Shown here: piece after piece, positions 1 to 14,139 of the stretch
How positions within the stretch are numbered: the first letter of the stretch is position 1
How the letters are laid out: every line of letters starts with the position of its first letter
Assembly (NCBI GenBank): GCA_951406725.2
Contig: OX597814.1
Coordinates: 107,198,001-107,262,000, forward strand
Direction of reading: 5' to 3'
Length of the DNA: 64,000 nucleotides
Origin: Octopus vulgaris
Lineage: Eukaryota
Made by a program: the position numbers and the translations under genes
The notes under the pieces: generated by a model
The model's database searches: none
What the model saw: the letters and a program-made list of their open reading frames with translations, nothing else
Told to the model about the DNA's origin: nothing

Positions 1-267
1 AGAAGAAAATCCATCAAATGCCAAATATCGCAGTTGTGGCAGATACTGGTGTCATGCAAATGGCACCTGTGCCGGTGGTACATAAGGCACCCATTACACT
101 CTTGGAGTGGTTGACATTAGGGAGGGCATTCATCATTAGAAACCATGACAAATCAGACTGGAGTCTGGTGCAGCCTTCCAGCTTGCCAGCCCTCGTTAAA
201 CTGTCCAACCCATGCCAACATGGACAATAGACATTTAATGATTATGATGATGATAATATATATATAT

Positions 268-436
268 ATAATTGTTAAAGAGGACAACAAACATTAAGGC
301 AAAGCGAACATCTCAAGTCATATACATTATTATTATTATTATTGGAAAAAGAACTTTTTTTCCAATAATAATAATAATGTATATGACTTGAGATGTTTGT
401 CTTGCCTTAATGTTTGTTGTCCTCTTTAACAATTAT
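268..436. repeat. Near-perfect palindrome (about 83-bp arms, loop of a few nt)
   Basis: ataattgttaaagaggacaacaaacattaaggcaa...ttggaaaaa-gaac-tttttttccaa...ttgccttaatgtttgttgtcctctttaacaattat. Confidence 0.9.
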
Positions 437-572
437 GTATCCGCTATATCGGAAATCTGCAATGGTTCCATAACTACCGCCTTGGCTATAACCTTGGAGC
501 CCCAGTAATCTGTTACAGCACTTACCTAGCGTACCTAATTGTTTAGATCACCTGTGAACTAAACCCCCCTAC

Positions 573-643
<71 letters not shown>

Positions 644-3149
644 ATATAGGTGTGGCTGTGTGGTAAGAAGCTGGCTCCTCAACCATATGGTCCAAGTTCA
701 GTCCCACTGTGTGACACCTTGGGGAAGTGTCTTCCACTACAGCCCCAGGCTGGCCAAAGCTTTGGGAGTAGATTTGGTAGATGGGGAAACTGAAAGAAGC
801 CTGTCATATGTTATATATCGATATGCATGTCTTTATGTCTGTTTGCCCCACACCCAGCCACTTGATAACCGGTGTTGGTGTGTTTAGCGAGCTGGCTAAA
901 CGTTTCTGCTTGCTTCTCAAACCACAAGGTTCTGGGTTCAGTCCCACTGCGTGGCACCTTGGGCAAGTGCCTTCTATAGCCTTGAGCCAACCAAAGACTT
1001 GTGAATGGATTTGATAGATAGAGCTGGCAGAAACGTTAGCATGCCGGGCGAAATGCTTAGCGGTATTTCGTCTGCGTTACGTTGTGAGTTCAAATTCTGC
1101 CGAAGTCGACTTTGCTTTTCATCCTTTCGGGGTCGATAATTTAAGTACCAGTTACGCACTGGGGTCGATGTAATCGACTTAATACTTATGTCTGTCCTTG
1201 TTTGTCCCCTCTGTGTTTAGCCCCTTGTGGGTAATAAAGAAATAGGTGTTGGTGTGTTTACATCCACTGTAACTTAGCAGTCCAGCAAAAGAGACTGATG
1301 TAATGAGTACTAGGATTTCAAATACTAAAAGAGTAGAGAGGGCTGATTCATTTGGCTAAAATTCTTTTCAAAGTCCCCCCCACCGACTCCTGCTATTTTG
1401 ATCTCCTTCAACCCTCCCACCCTGTCCACCTCCATCCTCACCCCTGTAATATGCAGAGCCATGAAGCTCTTCTACAGCAAAGAACCTTTGAAACTGTCCA
1501 ACCCATACCAGCAGGGAACATGGGCATTAAATGATGTTTATAATTTATTCAAATATTCGGCAAAACCAGTAGAAATGGCTTCCATGAAATTACTGTTGTC
1601 AACCTTTTGATATGGAAGGATAAAATTCTTTTACTCTTTTACTTGTCTCAGTCATTTGGCTGTGCCATGCTGGAGCAATCACTGTCTTGAAGGGTTTTAG
1701 CCACATGAATTGACCCTGCTATTTATTCATTTTTTTTTTTTTTAAAGCTTGGTACTTATTCAATCAGTCTCTTTTACTGAATAGGGATGTAAATACACCG
1801 ATACCAGTTGCCAAGCAGTGGCTGGGGACACACACACACACACACACACACATCTACGATGGGCTTTTGGTTTCTATCTATCAAATCCATTCACAAGTCT
1901 TTGGTTGGCTCAAGGCTCTAGAAGGCACTTGCCCAAGATGCCACGCAGTGGGACTGAACCCAGAACCTTGTGGTTTGAGAAGCAAGCTTCTTACGCACAC
2001 AGCCATGCCTACACCTATGAAACCCTTTTGTTCCCATATTTCTGTTGAAATTACATTTTATTTGTTTAAATTTATTTTGAAAAAAATTGAAATATATCGT
2101 AAAATATCCTTGTTCTTAAGTTGGTGTTTGGAACATGAATTAACAAGAAATCTTAATGAAGGATTTTAACTTAGATCACCTTAAACCAGGGAATTTATAC
2201 TGTAAACTAGTGGTGGCCATGGATGGGTTGGTATCAAAAAGTTAGGATCAAATTGATAAAACATGAGGATAATTCATAGATTTTGTCATTATTGAAATAT
2301 GAATATAAACTGGGAAACAAAAAAAATTCTTTTGTTCCTCAAAGAATTCTTCTAATGAACCATAATTCTTTCTGTTGAAAGAATTGAGTGGTTTTGGTAA
2401 TTATTTAATGGAAATGGATTCTAGATTTTCAATGTCATTCTACTCTGCTTAACTTTACAGCACTTTTACACTTTTACAGCCTCCATTACTAATCATCAAA
2501 AGTCATTTTTTGAATTCATTGTTTTGAGGCAACTGGGACATTTTCAATGTGGTTACAACTTCTCCACCCACCCTTTCTGATTCTTTGTCTGCATTCTCTC
2601 TTCCACTCACTTTCTTGTATCCTGAGGGTATGCTCCAACACATTGTCACCCCAGACTCTTTTCTTTCCAGCTATTCCCACCCACCCTTATATAATGTCAG
2701 GTAGCCTTGTACCTCCTCTATAGCAAGACCTCCTCTGCTTGTCCCTTTATTATGCTTCAGCCTCTCAGCACCTGGCACAAAGCCACCTCCCTCAACTCTA
2801 CAACCCTGCTTAGTCAGGGGCCCTTTTCTTTGTTTTTCAAGTTACTCTGTTGTTAGTGTCATGAAATAAGCACCCAGTAAGCTCTGCAATGGTGGTTGGT
2901 GTTGAGAAGGGCATCCAGCCGTAGAAACCATTCCAAAGCAGACGTTGGAGTTCAATGCTGTTCCTTTGGATTGTTGGATCCTGCCAAGCTCTCCATCCCA
3001 TTCCAGTATGGAAGCCAGACATTGATGATGATGAATTATCATAAATCTGAGACCAAGCAAAAAAAAAAAGGGTCATATGATATGCAAGAGATATTTTGGA
3101 GGAGGGAATTCTTAACTCAAAATTAGCGGTACTTTATATATAAATATCT

Positions 3150-3735
3150 TTCACCCGTGCTGCCTCCGGAAAATCCTTCTCATCAAATGGCAGAATCATA
3201 TCCCCAACAAAGATGTCCTCAAGCAAGCAGGAATACTAAGCATGTTTGCACTCCTTACACAGACGTATGAGATGGCTTCGACATGTTAGCCATATGGAAG
3301 ATGGCAGAATCCCCAAGGACATACTCTATGGAGAGCTTGCTAGGGGCACTAGGTCTGGGGAAGACCGTTCTTACGATACAAGGATGTTTGCAAAAGGGAC
3401 ATGAATGCCTGCAACATCAATATTACCAATTGGGAAGCAGTTGCCAGCAACCATGGAGATTGGCGACGTACCGTAAAAGAGGGAACACAAAGGAGTGACA
3501 TAGAGGGAGAGGAGAAATGGAAAGACAAGAAAAGACGTCAACAAGAAACTATGACATTACAACCAGCCAGGCAAAGTCTTCGCTACATTTGCGGTACCTG
3601 CCAGAGGGAGTGTTTGTTCAGGATAGGACTACACAGCCACAGCAGGAGATGTATTAGGACATGAAATGTAAAAGCTGGACTAGATTATTTTATGCATAAC
3701 TCCATTGTCTCCCGAGACAAAAAGGATGCCAACAA
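3150..3735 (+). mobile_element. 3' end of a second RTE-clade LINE family with a terminal zinc finger
   Basis: Frameshifted CLRKILLIKWQNHIPNKDVL...HMEDGRIPKDILYGEL...RYKDVCKRDM...WRRTVKEG...YICGTCQRECLFRIGLHSHSRRC, followed by a short UTR ending tccattgtctcccgagacaaaaaggatgccaacaaa. Confidence 0.85.
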
Positions 3736-4660
3736 AGCGTAGGCACGGCTGCGCAGTAAAAAGTTTGTTTCTCAACCATGTGATTCTGGGTGGCACCTTG
3801 CGTAAGTGTCTGTTCCTAAAGCCTCCGGCCAACCAAAGCAGCATCAGTGGATTTAGTAGATGGAAACTGAAAGAAGCCTCTGTGTGTGTGTGTGTGTGTG
3901 CATGCGCGCGCATGTCCCACCACCACTTGACACCTGTTGTTGGTGCGTTTATGTCCCCATAACTTAGCAGTTTGGCAAAAGAGACTGATAGAATAAATAT
4001 CAGGCTTAAAAATGTGAGTTACAGGGTCGATTCATTTGAGTAAAATTTTTCAAGCCCATACCCCAGCATGGCTGCAGTCCAATGACTGAAACAAGTAAAA
4101 AATAAAATATAAATACAGCAACAAAAACCTCCACTTCTTCTTTTGGGCTTCCAATATTTCCTTTCTTTATCTGCGTTTGTTCTGAAATCTTGATGTTCAA
4201 ATCATTTTCTTGAGAATGGTGCTGGAGTGGTATGATCCATAGTGTTGGACACCATGGCCTTCTGCTATTTAATTAAAGCACGTAAAAAGCACCTTGTACC
4301 TTCTGTAAAGTGGTTGGTGTTAAAAAGGGCATCCAGCTGTAAAAACCCTGCAAAAACAGACAGCCAAGCTTGGTGCAGTCATGTGCCTAGCCAGCTCCTC
4401 TCAAACCGTCCAACCCATGCCAGCATGAAAAGCAGATGTTAAATCATGTTAAATCATGACGGTCTGAGTTCAAATCCCACCTAGGTCAATTCTGTCGTTT
4501 CAGAGTTTAATTATTAATCATGTGCTGGGGATAATGTAATCAAGTAACCCCTTGCCCCTCCTCCATCTGCCCAACTGCTCTCATAATGGTCTTTTTAGAA
4601 CTGTAGCAAACGAATGTGTGCAGGGAGAAAATTCCAGAGGGATGATGTCCGGGGGAATAT

Positions 4661-5031
4661 GAATTATGTACATTATTTACAATTGACGGATATTTTTCCT
4701 CGTCTTGTTTGTTGTTAACACATTTCAGCTGATATACCCTCCAGCCTTCATCAGGTGTCTTGAGGAAATTTCGAACCAGGGTTCTCATTCCTAAGGTATT
4801 TTTTGATGTCATTATTATTATTCAGGTCACTGCCTGGAATCGGACTCGGAATCTTGGGTTTAGTAGCCTGTGCTCTTAACCACTATGCCATATGCCCCCC
4901 CTGATGAAGGCTGGAGTGTATATCAGCCGAAACGTTGTGTTAACAACAAACAAGATGAGGACAAATATCGGTCAAATGTAAAATAATTTAAATAATGTAC
5001 ATAATTCGTCATCTCTTAAATATAGAACTGT
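4661..5031. mobile_element. Same tRNA-head/hammerhead element: full minus copy (4661-4896) back-to-back with a plus partial copy (4900-5031)
   Basis: The plus copy starts at the core CTGATGAAGGCTGGAGTGTATATCAGCCGAAACGTTGTGTT (4901-4941), with an intact GAAACGTT. Confidence 0.75.
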
Positions 5032-5459
5032 ATTGGATTGGGGATAGTGATTAGTGTGTGGGGAAAGTAAAGGAGAAGGAGACACAGCAAGGGTGGTGGG
5101 AGGAGGTAAGATGAATGAGTCAGGGGTACCTGTGTGGTAGAAGTATGAGGCTAGGTATCTCCAAAGAACAAAGGCCATTACGTCAGAGAGGAGACAGCAT
5201 GTGTTTTGGCCAGAGGCTGGAGTGTGTCCAGTGGTGATGGAGTGCCAATTAGCCAAGTGACCTTTCTATGAATGTGATCCAGGATGTCTTTGTACATAAC
5301 AGCAGCCCAATCCCAAATGTAGGTGCACAGGTTCAGTCCCACTGCATGGCACCTTAGGAAACTGTCTTCTACTATAGCTTTGGGCCAACAAAAGCCTTAA
5401 GAGTGAATTTGTTAGATGGAAACTGAAAGAAGCCCATTGTATACATATATATATATATG

Positions 5460-5497
<38 letters not shown>

Positions 5498-7280
5498 ATC
5501 AAATCAAAATTGCTGACGTGGCTGATGACAGTACCACCTGATTGGCACTCATGCCAGTGGAGTGTTAAAAGCATATCCAAGCATGATCGTTGCCAGGGCT
5601 GCTGATTGGCTCCCATGCTGGTGACATGTAAAAAGCACCATTTGATCATGATCGTTGCCAGCATCGCCTTAGTGGCACGTGAAAAACAACAATCGAGCGA
5701 GTTGTTGCCAGTGTCACTGGACTAGCTCCACTTGCCTCCATGAGACCCAACGCTCAAAAGGAACTCAGCCACTTTGCTTTCATGAGGCCCAACACTTGAA
5801 AGGAGCTCGGCCATCTCACCTCCGTGAAGCCCGTTTGAAAGGACCTCAGCCACCATACCTCCGGTAGGCCCAACACTCGAAAGGAATTCAGCCACTTTAC
5901 CTCCATGTGGCCCAGGAGCTTGGCCACTTTGCCTCCATGAGGCCCAACACACGAAAGGAACTGCTTGACAACTAGTGTTGGTGTGTTTACAATCCTGTAA
6001 CTTAGTCACTTAGCAAAAGAGACTGATAAAATACCAGGTTTTAAAAAAAAGACAGGTACCAGGTTGGATTCATTTGACTGAAAGTTCTTCAAGGCAGTGC
6101 CCCAGTATGGCTGCAGTCCAATGACTGGAACAAGCAAAAGACAAAACATGTAACCAAATCATTCTTTAACCATTTCAACTCGCAATTCCTTCAAACTCCA
6201 TTTTCTTGTCGTGAATGTTGTTTTCTAAAATGTTTTAAAATGATTTAAACTCAAGAGTTTCTGATGGAGATTTCTATGAATCGCAGCAATTTCTTAAACC
6301 TGCCAATCCTCTTATTTTTGTTAATGGCACTTAATAATGGTTTTAAAATGGCTGCAGATGTGGCGTGGGGTAGGGTCTATGTGTGACAGGTTGACCCTTT
6401 CTCAGGTCACACTATGTAAGTAGAAGTTAACAGATATCTAACTTTATTTCAAAAGTATTCTACTTATTGTTGGTTTTGGAATGTAAGAAGTGAGGAAGAG
6501 AATATTCCGGAGAATTGTCTTGTCATTTTCATTTAAGAAATCAACTCAGATGAAGTACAGACATTTTCAAGGAATTTTCTTTTAAACCATTCTCATTGAC
6601 AGATGAAGTATATGGCTATATTAATGCTGCTAAAACCTGTTCAAATGAGAAATTCCTAAGTGTAGGAACTTGAGAAAAATCAAAGACTATTATTAACTCC
6701 TACTTGAGCAATTTCCTTCCATCTTTCCAGTCAGGGTAAATTTATGGCCAAAGTGAAGGTACCGACAAAAGATATCAAAAACTTGTTCTTCAGTTGGATT
6801 TACTTTCAACTTGATTTTGTTAGACATAAGAACGTGTGGACATGTTTGTTTTGTTTTGTTCACTGTTTCCCTTCATCACTCATGAGTCTATCTGACTGAT
6901 GAGATTGATGTGATTAATGTTTAGCAGTTTGTTTTGTAGATTGATATTTGTAAAGAAAATATAAAGGAGTGTGAGAGAATTCCAGAGGTTTATAGTTACA
7001 AGAAGGAAGGACTGACGGAAGTATTTAGTTTGGGGTTAGGGAAGACAATGATGATGGCAAGGGGCTGAGGATTATCTAAGCTGCAGGGATGGCTGCGTGG
7101 CTAAGAAGTTCACTTCAGAGCCATGTGGTTAGGAGTTTAGTCCCACCACATGGACTTTGTCAGTTGTTGTTCTGTTCTCTAAATGTGGTTCAACTTTACC
7201 TTGATTGAAGTTGTTAGATTGAAACTGAAGAAGCCTAGTGTGTGTGCATGTGTATATGTATATATGTATGTGTGTGAAAT

Positions 7281-8008
7281 ATCATCATCATCATCATCGT
7301 TTAATGTCCATTTTCCATGCTGGCATGGGTTGGACGATTTGACTGAAGACTGGCTGCACCAGGCTCCAATCTGATCTGGCAGTTTCTTCATACAGCTGGA
7401 TGCCCTTCCTAACACCAACCACTCCGAGAGTGTAGTGGGTGCTTTTACGTGCCACTGGCACAGGACCAGTTAGGCGGTACTGGCATCAGCCATGTTCAAA
7501 TGGTGTTTTTTTTATGTGCCACCTGCACAGGAGCCAGTCCAGCAGCACTGGCAATGACCTCGCTTGAATATTTTTTTCTTCATGTGTCACCGGCACAAGT
7601 GCCAGTAAGGTAACACTGGTAACAATCAGGCTCGAATGGTGTGTTTTATGTGCTACTGGTACGAGAGCCAGTCAGCTACTCTGGCAACGATCATGCTCAT
7701 ATGGTGCTCTTAGCACTCCACTAGCACAGATGCCAGTCATGCAGTGCTGTCATCGAATTTGATTTTGCTTGCTTCACCAGGTCTTCACAAGCAGAGTTTA
7801 GTGTCCAGTGAAGGAAAGGTACACATAAGTGGGCTGGTTACACCCCTGGCATAGGCCATGGGTTATGGTCTCATTTGGCTTGCCGGGTCTTCTCAAACAC
7901 AGCATATTTCCAAAGGTTTTGGTGACAAGTCATTGCCTCAGTGAGGCCTATTGTTCAGAGGTCATGCTTCACTGCCTCATCCCAGGTCTTCCTGGGTCTA
8001 CCTCTTCT
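7281..8008 (-). mobile_element. 5'-truncated RTE LINE (end of ORF plus 3'UTR)
   Basis: Colinear with 60112-60670, including the GRPRKTW-coding end (cctgggtctacctct) and the (GAT)n tail. Confidence 0.85.
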
Positions 8009-8055
8009 ATATATTTTACTGTGAAGCTTTTTGTTAAGCAACGTTGATTTTTACA

Positions 8056-8583
8056 ATTCTGTAAATAATAATAATAGTATTTTATAAGCTTATAAGCACT
8101 CACCCCACAGTGACTAAGAAAATTAGTGTAAATAATGGGGCATATAAGCCCTCGACGGAAAAAGTAGGTTTTCCCCATAGGTTTGCCCCTTATGCATGGG
8201 ATTTGAATCCACACTTCTTTATTTTCACAAGAATGCTATCATTCCATCAGATTTAAAAGCTATAATTAATTTGTAGTTGATTTTGTAAACAAACTTTCAT
8301 GTGCTTTTACTGCAATGGTTTAAAAATTTTTCTTTTTTTTAAGTAGCGTTGATTTTTACAATTATAGTTCTAAAATCTGATAGAACAAAGCAGGTTGGTG
8401 CACTAGTGTAATGGTAGCATTCTTGTTGTGAAAACAAAGAAGTGTGGGTTTGAGTCCCTATTTTTTTCCATCGAGGTCTTATATACCCCATTATTAGACT
8501 ATTTTCTTTAGTCATTGTGTGGTGATCGTTTATAAACTTTAAGCTTATAATATTATTATTATTATTATTATTATTTACAGAAT
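8056..8583. repeat. Diverged inverted repeat (about 210-bp arms, 90-bp spacer) containing a tRNA-like segment
   Basis: 8056-8267 is the inverse of 8360-8583. The right arm has ggtgcactagtgtaatggtagcattcttgttgtgaaaacaaagaagtgtgggtttgagtccc. Confidence 0.75.
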
Positions 8584-8782
8584 ATATATATAATGAGGGA
8601 GATAAATTGAATATTAATTTAATTAATATCGATTTAAAACCAGTAGCCTAGCATACAAAAATCTGAAAAATCAGAGAAAATTCTAATACATGTGTATATT
8701 TCCAGGTTCAGTCCCACTGCATGGCACCTTGGGCAAATGTATTCTACTTATAGCCTCAACTGAAAGAAGCCTGTCGTTTATA

Positions 8783-8829
<47 letters not shown>

Positions 8830-10221
8830 TTGTGTGTCTGTGCTTGTCCCTCCAACATCACTTGACAACCTATGCTGGTGTGTTTACATCCTCGTAACTT
8901 AGCAGTTCAGCAAAAGAAACTGATACAATAAGTACTAGGCTTACAAAGAATAAGTCCTGGGGTCGATTTGCTCGACTAAAGGTGGTGCTCCAGCATGGCC
9001 ACATTCAAATGACTGAAACAAGTAAAAGAATAAAAAAAATATAAGAATATATATACTTATATGGGCATATATTTGATGTGATGTATGTGTGTATGTATGT
9101 TTGTATGTGTTTGTCTTTGTGTATGTGTGTGTATGTTGTATATGTATGTGTGTATACATATAGAATATATATAAGCATATTATTTATATGTATTTTGTGT
9201 TTTCCTGTAATTATTCATATGAGTCATTTTCATATCACATAATTCAATACATAATAATTTTAGAATGATAATAATTAACCTATATTAATCGAATTTATTA
9301 TTTTTTATAATATATAATTTATTTATTTTTTATATAATTAAGTTATATTAAATGGTGTGGTTCTTTTTTGCGGGTGGGGGGTGTTTTTTTTTTTTTTTGT
9401 AATTTGTTATTTGTTGATATGGTTTGGTAATTTTTTTTTGGAGGAAATTATAGTAATTTAAGGTTAAGGATACTGTTTAGTGGGGGGGAAATAAACTGAT
9501 CTGGTTTGTAATAGAAGTGTGTGGTTTATTTTGGGTTGTTTTTTTCAGCTAGCAATTTGGCGCTTGACTCAGAAAGCTGTGACTGATGATGACAACATCA
9601 AACATAGAACAAACAGAGAAAACATCATAAAAATAAAAACACCCCTAAAACCCTAAAACAAAAAAAAATGTGTGACAATTCATTCACCAAGTGCAGGAAT
9701 CAGATTTACATCTGTTAATAAAATTTAATGAAGTGCTAGTATTTGAACTAAAGAGATGAGCATTCATATCCTATTTGTTACCGTGGCATGGTTGAGTGGC
9801 TAAGAAATTAGCTTCTCAATCATAAAGTCTCTGGTTCAATCCCACTGTAAGGTGAGTGTCTTTTAATATTGCTTTGATAAACTCACTTAACCATTTAGCA
9901 TGCAGATTATTCTGCCAAATATAATGCTTAGTTATTCAATTTTTTTTTTGTGTTAATTATGCATTATCTCATTGCTGTGAGATTTTGATTTTGTGATTGG
10001 CTTACATGTTTATTGTTGCTTATGCAAAGGTGAGCCACATGATCCCACAGTGGATCACACAAAATGCTTTAATGAGTTTCCGTGACATTTGTACAATTAG
10101 GAACAAAATTAAATGCTGTATGGATGTTGATCTTGAGCACTTGATAATCATGCCCTTTATTATATACATACATATATACATACACACAGAGAAATTATTA
10201 TTATCATTATTATTATTATCA

Positions 10222-10294
<73 letters not shown>

Positions 10295-10409
10295 CATTTT
10301 TTAGCATATACACTTTTCACTTTTGTGTGCCTTGGGTATGTGCTGTGATTTGTTGTTGTTGCTCTCTCTTGCTATTGAAAGTGTTTGCATATTATTATCA
10401 TATATATTA

Positions 10410-10456
<47 letters not shown>

Positions 10457-10905
10457 TGAGTGAGAGAGCAGTGCATATCAAAGTGACCAGTATATACAAT
10501 ATATAAAGCCCATATATATCATGACTACCAGCCTGATATATATATACCATATGCATCACAACCATATGTATACATATATATATCAACATAAACAATGCAT
10601 GACCTTGCAGATGGGGCCCAGTTAGTATTTTCTTCTGCTTCTTTCAAAGTATATAATAAGAAGAATTATATATACATTATGAATTATACATATTATCATA
10701 CAAAAATACAAAGAATTCTTCTCAACATGTGGCTGTGATGCTCCCCCTACTCCTAATGATATGCACATATTGTCATACAATATATATACATACAATTGTG
10801 ATATTGAGCAGAATATTATAGCATCTTTTATACCAATATATAAACATGCATGATATATATATATTATATTATATCAGAACCCATGAGAGCCATATATATA
10901 TCATC

Positions 10906-11248
<343 letters not shown>

Positions 11249-11297
11249 TAGCTATTTGGCACTTTATTGACTTTATTATTATTATTATTATTATTAC

Positions 11298-11360
<63 letters not shown>

Positions 11361-11978
11361 CATTATTATTATTGTTATTATTATCATTATCATTATTATT
11401 ATTATTACTATTTATTGATTGATGTATTTATTATTATTTCAATGATTATTGTCTAAAACAGTTTGATTCAACCCCATGTGAAAATATCAAAGGCTCATTT
11501 AATTGAATAGAGATGATACTGCATTGTGTCCATTCATTTAACTGAGCCTGATGAGCAAAGTACTTTATGAGGCCAATGACGCATTAAGTCACATGGAGTT
11601 GAATCAAACTGCTTTAAATAGTAACTTCTATTAAATATGTTGAGTGCCACTTTCTTTCATCTGTCCACTCACTTGTATACACACACACACACACACACTC
11701 ACACACAAATAAAACTGCCTGAGCTAGCTATGCAAGATGTACATACATGTATCCATGTAAATAGAGAGAAAACAAAGACAGAAAAATATGCATGTATAAA
11801 TATATAGATATTTATATATTAATTAGGCAAAATTACACAGTACAAAGGCACAAAAATTAAGGGAAGCAAATATGGCGTTACAGGCCCGACAGCTGTTTCT
11901 GGGGGCTCTGAATTACTTCATAATGTTGGCAGATGTAGTTAACAAAAAGTTAAAGGTATGCAGCTAGTTGTGGAAGTA

Positions 11979-12136
11979 CAGTTCTATATTTAAGAGATGA
12001 GGAATTATGTACATTATTTACATTTGACGAATATTCGCTCTCATCTTTATTCGTCTTCAACACAATATTTCGGCTGATATATCCTCCAGCCTTCATCAGG
12101 TGTCATGGGGAATTTCCTGCAAATGTAAATAATGTA
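11979..12136 (-). mobile_element. Truncated hammerhead-element copy with a short inverted piece and a probable TSD
   Basis: Minus-strand tail and core (tttcggctgatatatcctccagccttcatcaggtgtc), then plus-strand caaatgtaaataatgta. Flanked by tagttgtggaagta (11965-78) and tagctgtggaagta (12135-48). Confidence 0.7.
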
Positions 12137-12312
12137 GCTGTGGAAGTATATAAACATTAAGAAGATCCAGCTCTGTCTTCAAGGTGGAGAATGTATGTAT
12201 GTATGTATGTATGTATGTATTGTATGTATGTATGTATGTATGTATGTATGTATATGTATGTATGTATGTATGTGTGTGTGTGTGTATATATATATATGTA
12301 TGTATATATATA

Positions 12313-12360
<48 letters not shown>

Positions 12361-12582
12361 CTTATACGTGTACAATGAGAATTACTTCATCCGGTGTGTC
12401 CTTCTCTTCTAAAATATTAGGGGTTGATTTCAAAGAAATTTGGCTTCTACTTCTAAGTTGAGAGACTAGCCAGAAGTTCTCTTTTTGGCATCAAATAGAC
12501 ATATTTATACACTTACATATATGATGCATGTATGTATATATACATATATATGTGTGTGTGTGTGTGTGTGTATGTATATGTA

Positions 12583-12640
<58 letters not shown>

Positions 12641-12808
12641 ATTAGAAAGGGCATCCAGCTGTAGAAACACTGCCAGATCAGATTGGGGCCTGGTGCAGCC
12701 TCCTGGCTTCCCAGACCCCAGTCAAACTGTCCAACCCATGCCAGCATGGAAAACGGACGTTAAACGACGAAGATGATGATATATATATATATACCTATAT
12801 ATATGTAC

Positions 12809-12899
<91 letters not shown>

Positions 12900-13495
12900 T
12901 ATACATATATATATAAGCATATATATATATGCATACAAATAATTTAGGTTAACATAGAGATCAATAAGTATTGATCCAGAAAGAATTTTGATAAGGTATA
13001 AAAGCAAATGAAAAGTGTTTCCCATAAAGACATTGGTTTGAAATTATTTCTCATTAACAATAATTAGATTCTAGGTTATGAAAAGTCGAGTCAGTGAAAA
13101 AGTTATCAGTTTTGATATTGATGAACATCAGTAATGCATATGCTGATTTGATTGTAAAAGTCGTTTAGCTGGCAAATTTACATGTTAATCTGATATTTCC
13201 AGGTGAATAAAGTTTAAAGTTCAATGCTACACATCTGAATAATCTCTGCTGGTCAAGATATCTTAAAATATTTACCTCTGAAACATTGTCTTAAGCCACA
13301 GAGTTGGCATTTTGACCACGACTAATATTCTAATTTCTGTCGATGACAATTGTATTAATTAATTGAACTTTTCTTGACAGAGCAGAGATGGTAAATGATA
13401 AGAGTCCTTTTCCAACCTTTTAAGTCTCCAAAATGATGATGATAATAATAATGATGATAATGATGATGATAATAATAATGACAATAATAATAATG

Positions 13496-13553
<58 letters not shown>

Positions 13554-13977
13554 TGGTGATGATGATAATGATAATCAGAGAAAGGATTATTTCTTGAATT
13601 TAGTTTAAAATGATATGAAAATAATATAGACTGATTTATTGCCTACATGTTAAGTCAGTGTTAACAGCAGAAAGATTTGGATTTAGCAAGAGTGATTAGA
13701 GAATTATGGGAGTGTTGGAGCAAATGTAGTGCCAAAGATGTTATTGATGTGCAGTGTGCATAAATCAACGGACCGAGATGCAATGGACAGTGTAACATTG
13801 GGTGACAGCGATATAACAGCAAAACTATAAAAATAAATTGGCAAAAGAATGCTGCTAGCGAAATATATAACATAACAATTGTGAGATTATAATCATTATT
13901 GATATAGGAATACCAATATAAACATATTAATTACATAGATTAAGAAGTCATATAGAGTAGAAGTAGTAGTAGTAATG

Positions 13978-14091
<114 letters not shown>

Positions 14092-14105
14092 GTAATAATA
14101 ATAAC

Positions 14106-14139
<34 letters not shown>

